Assembly: GCA_963765175.1 (NCBI GenBank)
Contig: CAVXUY010000006.1
Span: 24,211-88,210, forward strand
Direction of reading: 5' to 3'
Origin: an uncultured Actinomycetes bacterium
GTDB taxonomy: Bacteria; Actinomycetota; Thermoleophilia; Gaiellales; Gaiellaceae
DNA length: 64,000 nt
This document shows, piece after piece, positions 59,482 through 64,000 of this stretch. Numbering within the stretch: the stretch's first letter is position 1; each line of letters starts with the position of its first letter. The position numbers and the translations under genes are program-made. The notes below the pieces were generated by a model. The model saw only the letters and a list, made by a program, of their open reading frames with translations. It was not told where the DNA came from and ran no database searches.

Positions 59482-60381
59482 TCAGACCACGAGCTCGGCC
59501 TTGCGCACGCGGGAGAAGCCGGCCGCGCCGAGCACCTCAGCGTCGAGCAACCGGCACATCCAGCCGTGGCCCCTGTCCGGGTCGGCCTCGTCCTCGGGCG
59601 TGCCGACGGACGCGAATACCTGGCCGTCGAGGAACTCCCACTCCTCGATCTCGCGATGCTCGCCCTCGATGTCCGCCCGGAAGGCCCGCAGGTCCTCCCG
59701 CAACCGCTCCTTGACCGTGTCGAGCCAGTTCCTCCGCGAAGCGCGGCCCTCCGTCACGCCGCAGAGCTCGAGCAGGTCGTCCTCGATCTGCTCGGGCACC
59801 AGCGCCTCGAGATACCGCTGCGCCTCCTCCCAGTCCGGCGCCTCGCCGGGCTCGAGCGCCGCGAGCTCGACCGCGAGACCGAGAGCCTCCGCGCGCTCGA
59901 AGGTCGCGGTCGCCTGGGCCGGTAACCCTTCGAGGGAGCGAGCAAGTGCATGCTCGAGCTCGTGGTCCGGCAGGTCCTCCGCGACCTCGGCGAAGTCGCG
60001 CTCCGCGAGGAGCTCGAGATACGCCTCGCCGCGCTCGTCGAGCGCGAGGCGCTCGTCGACGACCTCCCAGCTCTCCGGGCGGCCGTCCTCGAGCGTGGTG
60101 AACGCGTGCCCGAGGCGTGGCGCGTCCACGCGGTAACGCCGGAAAGCGCCGACCTCCTCCCGCCCGTCCGGATGTCGCAGCCGGAGGCGGTAGCGGGCGG
60201 GTGTCGCCTCGGCGCGGCCCTCGACGTCGCCGTTCTCGGCCTGCTCGAGCCTGGCGACGAGCCAGAAACGGCCCTCGAGGCGGAGGACCTCGCCCGGCGC
60301 GAGCTCGAGGTCGGTGGTGTAGCGGTGCACGCGCCGGCCTCCTGCCCGATTCACGGTCTCGATCTCGTATGTCCGCGCCAT
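59482..60381 (-). CDS. hypothetical acidic protein (299 aa)
   Basis: Long ORF with coding-like GC3. No family recognised. Confidence 0.6.
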   Translation of the reverse strand: MARTYEIETVNRAGGRRVHRYTTDLELAPGEVLRLEGRFWLVARLEQAENGDVEGRAEATPARYRLRLRHPDGREEVGAFRRYRVDAPRLGHAFTTLEDGRPESWEVVDERLALDERGEAYLELLAERDFAEVAEDLPDHELEHALARSLEGLPAQATATFERAEALGLAVELAALEPGEAPDWEEAQRYLEALVPEQIEDDLLELCGVTEGRASRRNWLDTVKERLREDLRAFRADIEGEHREIEEWEFLDGQVFASVGTPEDEADPDRGHGWMCRLLDAEVLGAAGFSRVRKAELVV

Positions 60382-60476
60382 CCCGGAAACCCTACGCGGG
60401 CGACGAGCTCGGGCGGGCCGCCACGTTCACCAGTCCGGAACCCAACTCCCACCGGACCGGTGCTAGTGTCGCGCCC

Positions 60477-60869
60477 GTGGACGCGGCGGGCATCGGTGCC
60501 ATTGCGGTGTTCGCAGACCTTGACGAGGACCAGCGGAACTGCATCGCGGCCGCCTGCCGCGAGATGGACGTGGCCGAGGATACGACCCTCACCGAGGAGG
60601 GGGAGTTCGGCTACGCGATGTTCGCCGTCAAGGAGGGAACGGCGGACGTCTTCAAGAACGGCGAGCTCATCCGCACACTCGGCCCGGGGGACGTGTTCGG
60701 CGAGATCGCGGTCTTCTTCGGCGGCGTTCGAACCGCGACTGTCGTCGCGACCTCGCCGATGAAGCTCGTCATGCTCTTCAACAGCGAGCTCGTCCGTCTC
60801 GACCGCGAGGTACCGGCGGTCGCGGACAAGCTCCGCGTGACAGTCGCAGAGCGCCTCGGCGCCTCCTAG
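60477..60869 (+). CDS. stand-alone cyclic-nucleotide-binding (CAP-type) domain protein
   Basis: 130 aa from GTG 60477; GEFGYAMFAVKEGTADVF...GPGDVFGEIAVFFGGVRTATVVA. Confidence 0.75.
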   Translation: MDAAGIGAIAVFADLDEDQRNCIAAACREMDVAEDTTLTEEGEFGYAMFAVKEGTADVFKNGELIRTLGPGDVFGEIAVFFGGVRTATVVATSPMKLVMLFNSELVRLDREVPAVADKLRVTVAERLGAS

Positions 60870-60996
60870 CACCGACCGAGCTACAGCCGGCCGATACGCC
60901 GGAAGTACGTGAAGAGCGACGCGCAAGCGACTGCGATCACGCTCGGCACGAGGGTAGTCGTCCACGATGCGGTCGACGATTGTCGGCGATCCGCCG

Positions 60997-61383
60997 TCAG
61001 CGCTCGGTAACGGTCCGGCTTCCGCTCTCGCCCTGCGATTGACGCGTCCCCGCGACCGCCCTTCGCGCCTCGATCTCGTAGGGGTTCGAGCGGTAGCCCG
61101 TCGTCAGGTGCTTGAAGGTCATGTGCCAGAAGCGCTGCTGGCCCTGCCAGATGTGGCAGAGCTCGTGCGTGAGAAGGTCGTCCGAGACGTCGGCGCGCTT
61201 CAGCAGGATCGTCCGCCAGAGCGCGTAGCCCGTGTAACGGCGCAGGAGCGGGAGACGGAAGAACCACGGCGCGACGACGACGCGGACCCGGTCGGTGCGG
61301 ACGGGTGTCGGGTAGTAGTCGAGCCGGTCGAGCCGCGCCTTCGCTCGGTCGAGGCGCGCGCTGAAGTCGTCCTCGCGTCTCAG
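60997..61383 (-). CDS. putative small zinc-metallopeptidase-like protein (HExxH)
   Basis: ...GYALWRTILLKRADVSDDLLTHELCHIWQGQQ... Start uncertain; the only in-frame candidate is CTG 61383, overlapping the upstream stop. Confidence 0.45.
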   Translation of the reverse strand: MRREDDFSARLDRAKARLDRLDYYPTPVRTDRVRVVVAPWFFRLPLLRRYTGYALWRTILLKRADVSDDLLTHELCHIWQGQQRFWHMTFKHLTTGYRSNPYEIEARRAVAGTRQSQGESGSRTVTER

Positions 61384-62225
61384 CTGGCGCTGCCCGCCGG
61401 GGCGAGCACCATGACCGGGCTTCCGTCCTGAGCCTGGAGGTAGGTGTACTGGTACATGCGCGAGCGCGTGAGCCGGTCGACGACGCGCTGTTCGTCGGGC
61501 AGTATCTCGCCGATCCCGGGAGTCAGCGGCGCGGTGAGCGTCTGGTCCAGCGGCCGCCCGAGCTCCGGGCCGAGGTCGCCGCGCTCGAGGAAGACGGTCG
61601 TCCTCAGGTTTCCGTCCGCCCTGGGAGGCATGAGCGCGAGGACGGAGTCGATGCCATCGAGGTAGTTGAACGAGTAGAGCGCGAGCTCGAGCGCCTGACG
61701 GCGCAGCAGCTGAGCGCGTTCGGCGGACGGCTTCCCCTCGGGGATCGAGCACGCCTTTCCGAGGCCGCAGAGCGTATACATGACGGTGTTCCCGGCGGGG
61801 AACGTGTCTACCTCATCGGGCTCCGCCCGTCCGCCACTCGCGTCGGCCCTGACGGCGATCGCCTGCACCTGGAAGATCGCGCCGTCCGGGCCGGTGGCCG
61901 TCGGCGGCCCCGCGTACGTCACAGCGGCGAGCGCGTTCCCGCTCGGGAGCCGGTACAGGCCGCTCACGTGCTCGCCGATCTGGGCGGAACGCCGTTCGGA
62001 GCTTCCCGTCGGCTGGAACTCCGACCAGTGAGGCGCGGGCGCAGGGCTGCCGCGGCCCACGAGGACGAGCAGCGCGCCCACGCCGGCGCCGGCGACGACC
62101 GCGAGCGCGAAGTAGATCGCCGCGAACCGGCCGCGGTAGACGAGGCGGCGCGCGCGGTCCGCGCGCGACTCGGTGCGCGCCGGCGCAGTCGTCCCCTTCG
62201 CGGCAGCGGGTGCCTCGGCACTCAT
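61380..62225 (-). CDS. hypothetical N-terminally membrane-anchored protein (281 aa)
   Basis: ATG 62225 after GAGGAAG; TM helix FAAIYFALAVVAGAGVGALLVLV, then a soluble domain. Confidence 0.65.
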   Translation of the reverse strand: MSAEAPAAAKGTTAPARTESRADRARRLVYRGRFAAIYFALAVVAGAGVGALLVLVGRGSPAPAPHWSEFQPTGSSERRSAQIGEHVSGLYRLPSGNALAAVTYAGPPTATGPDGAIFQVQAIAVRADASGGRAEPDEVDTFPAGNTVMYTLCGLGKACSIPEGKPSAERAQLLRRQALELALYSFNYLDGIDSVLALMPPRADGNLRTTVFLERGDLGPELGRPLDQTLTAPLTPGIGEILPDEQRVVDRLTRSRMYQYTYLQAQDGSPVMVLAPAGSAS

Positions 62226-62233
62226 CGTCTTCC

Positions 62234-64000
62234 TCACATCGTCGGCCACGAGCTCTCCTCCGAGAGGTCCACTTCCGGAATTGTGAGCTTTGCGCCGTCG
62301 AGCAGGGAGAGAAGCTCGTCGCCGAACAGCTCGCGACGTGCGGCGAGGACGTCCGCGATCTGCTCCACCGACTCGCGGTTCGCGACGATGAGGTTGTGGG
62401 CGGCGACGTACGCCTGGCCCAGGATCTGCCCCACGAGCGCGCGCTTGTACCGGTCGCCGAGCACGGACGCGACCGGGTTCTCGCCGAATGCCCCGCCGCC
62501 CGAGGTCCGGTTCACGATCTGGAGCCCGATCTTCTCGAACCGCTCGAGAATGCGCTCGCGCGCCTCCTCCTCGGTCTCGCCCTCGCGTGGCGTCACCTCG
62601 AACGGCTGCGGCCCCATCGCCGAGGCGCCGACCATGAAGGCGGCCTGCAGGGTCACGCTCTGGACGTCGCCGCCGACGCCGTTCGAGTTCTCGCCGTAGA
62701 AGACCCGCTCCGCCGCCATCGCGCCGAGCGCCCATACCAGACGCGCGAACTCCTCGCTGCGGAAGCGGCTGAAGCGCTCCTCCTTCTCGAGCGCCTGATG
62801 ATGGCCGAGCGCGCCGCCGCGCATCCGGATGGAGAGCCGCGTCGATTCGGCGCCTTTCAGGTAGGCATGACCGGCTGCGGCATGGCCGGCCTCGTGAATG
62901 GCGACGGCGCGGCTCTCCTCCGGGACGTACTCGATGCCCACTGCAGTGCCGGCCTCGAGCGTGGTCATTGCCTCCACGAGGTCGTCCCACTGGATCGCGG
63001 CCCGCCCGGAGTGGTGCGCGATCGTCAGCGCCATCGACGTCACCTGCTCGAGCATCGCCGGCGAGTAGCCGTTCGTGACGCGCGCGATCTCCTCGCGGCG
63101 GGTCGGCTGGTCGAGCTCCTCCGCGTGGGCGACCTTGTCGAGGTAGAGGTCGAGGACGTCGAGCCGATCCTGCTTCGTCGGCGTCCGGAACCAGACGTGG
63201 CGCCCCATCCGGCCCGGACGCGTGAGCGCGGGGTCGAGCCGGTCGACGGGGACGTTCGTGGCGCCGATGAAGTAGATCTGCTCCTTTCGCGGACGCGCCG
63301 CCGGAATGCGGATCGATCGGCCGCGGATCCGGCGGGGGACGATGTAGGTCCCGTCGAGCAGGGTGTTCATCTTGTTCGTGAAGAACTTCCTCATGAAGGG
63401 CGGGTTGTCGATTCCGTCCATGACGACGAGGAGCTGGTTCAGCGCGAGCGAGCCGCCGCCGCCGCCCATCCCGCCGGGGAAGATGAAATTCAGGGCGCCG
63501 TTGGCACGCGCGACGAGGGTCGACGCACCCTGCCGGTCCGGGGCGCGCTCGGCGAAGAGGCGCTCACGCCAGTGGCGGTTCTCGAGGATGAGGTCGCCGG
63601 ACGGGTTGAGCGCTCCGAACGGCCCGAAGAAGAGCAGGTCGTGCACGTCGTTGGCGAGGGGCGGCCGCATCCCGCCCTCGGCGCCTCCGAAGCCGGGATT
63701 GAGCACGTTCCGCCGCATGCCGACGGCGTCGATCTCGTCGATGAAGACGATGCACTGGCCGCCCCACTTGCGGGCGAGCCGCTTCGCACGCCGCGCGAGG
63801 ATGCGCACGACGATTGCGTCGATCCCGATGAAGGTCGCGGCGAAGCCGGAGCCCGGGATCGAGACGAACGGCGAGTTGAAGCCCGTCGCGAGCGCCTTCG
63901 CGAGCATCGTCTTCCCGGTCCCGGGCGCGCCGAGGAAGAGGAGGCCCCGCTCCCGCTTTCCCCCGGCGCGCTCGAAGGCTTCCCCCGACTGCCAGATCGA
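62234..64000 (-). CDS. divergent FtsH-like AAA+ / M41 metalloprotease paralogue (5' end beyond the window)
   Basis: GAPGTGKTMLAKALA (Walker A at 63920-63960), IVFIDEIDAVG, LNQLLVVMDG, ATNVPVDRLDPALTRPGR, HEAGHAAAGH. Large insertions relative to the ftsH at 34826-36859. Confidence 0.85.
   Translation of the reverse strand, partial: SIWQSGEAFERAGGKRERGLLFLGAPGTGKTMLAKALATGFNSPFVSIPGSGFAATFIGIDAIVVRILARRAKRLARKWGGQCIVFIDEIDAVGMRRNVLNPGFGGAEGGMRPPLANDVHDLLFFGPFGALNPSGDLILENRHWRERLFAERAPDRQGASTLVARANGALNFIFPGGMGGGGGSLALNQLLVVMDGIDNPPFMRKFFTNKMNTLLDGTYIVPRRIRGRSIRIPAARPRKEQIYFIGATNVPVDRLDPALTRPGRMGRHVWFRTPTKQDRLDVLDLYLDKVAHAEELDQPTRREEIARVTNGYSPAMLEQVTSMALTIAHHSGRAAIQWDDLVEAMTTLEAGTAVGIEYVPEESRAVAIHEAGHAAAGHAYLKGAESTRLSIRMRGGALGHHQALEKEERFSRFRSEEFARLVWALGAMAAERVFYGENSNGVGGDVQSVTLQAAFMVGASAMGPQPFEVTPREGETEEEARERILERFEKIGLQIVNRTSGGGAFGENPVASVLGDRYKRALVGQILGQAYVAAHNLIVANRESVEQIADVLAARRELFGDELLSLLDGAKLTIPEVDLSEESSWPTM

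Overview
Very GC-rich (about 70%), gene-dense chromosomal segment that looks like Actinomycetota; this is judged from codon usage and gene families only, since no search was possible. Three parts stand out. (1) Housekeeping or conserved genes that read intact: dinB (partial), lon, a Pat-type acetyltransferase, typA, ftsH, an M20 peptidase, a PLP enzyme, tRNA-Lys, tRNA-Glu and tRNA-Val. (2) Signalling and transport modules: three NarL/LuxR-type two-component pairs, two ABC-2 exporters, three USPs and a LipJ-like adenylate cyclase next to a stand-alone cNMP-binding protein. (3) A decayed accessory region of about 8.5 kb downstream of tRNA-Glu (42.8-51.3 kb), carrying small membrane and secreted proteins, interspersed repeat families and a gene with four near-identical 81-nt tandem repeats. 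The main pattern is that at least 14 genes are broken by +/-1 indels. One is a 3.8-kb phosphodiesterase/5'-nucleotidase fusion with roughly 20 frame changes. Neighbouring core genes are unbroken. Other points of interest are a cassette-like array punctuated by an approximately 120-nt repeat that begins with a GGGAC-N2-GTCCC palindrome, and a divergent FtsH paralogue operon at the right edge. I found no CRISPR array, transposase, integrase or recognisable defence system. CDS coordinates come from the ORF track plus codon arithmetic. Hand-counted noncoding coordinates may be off by 1-2 nt. All family names are recalled from motifs, not from database searches.
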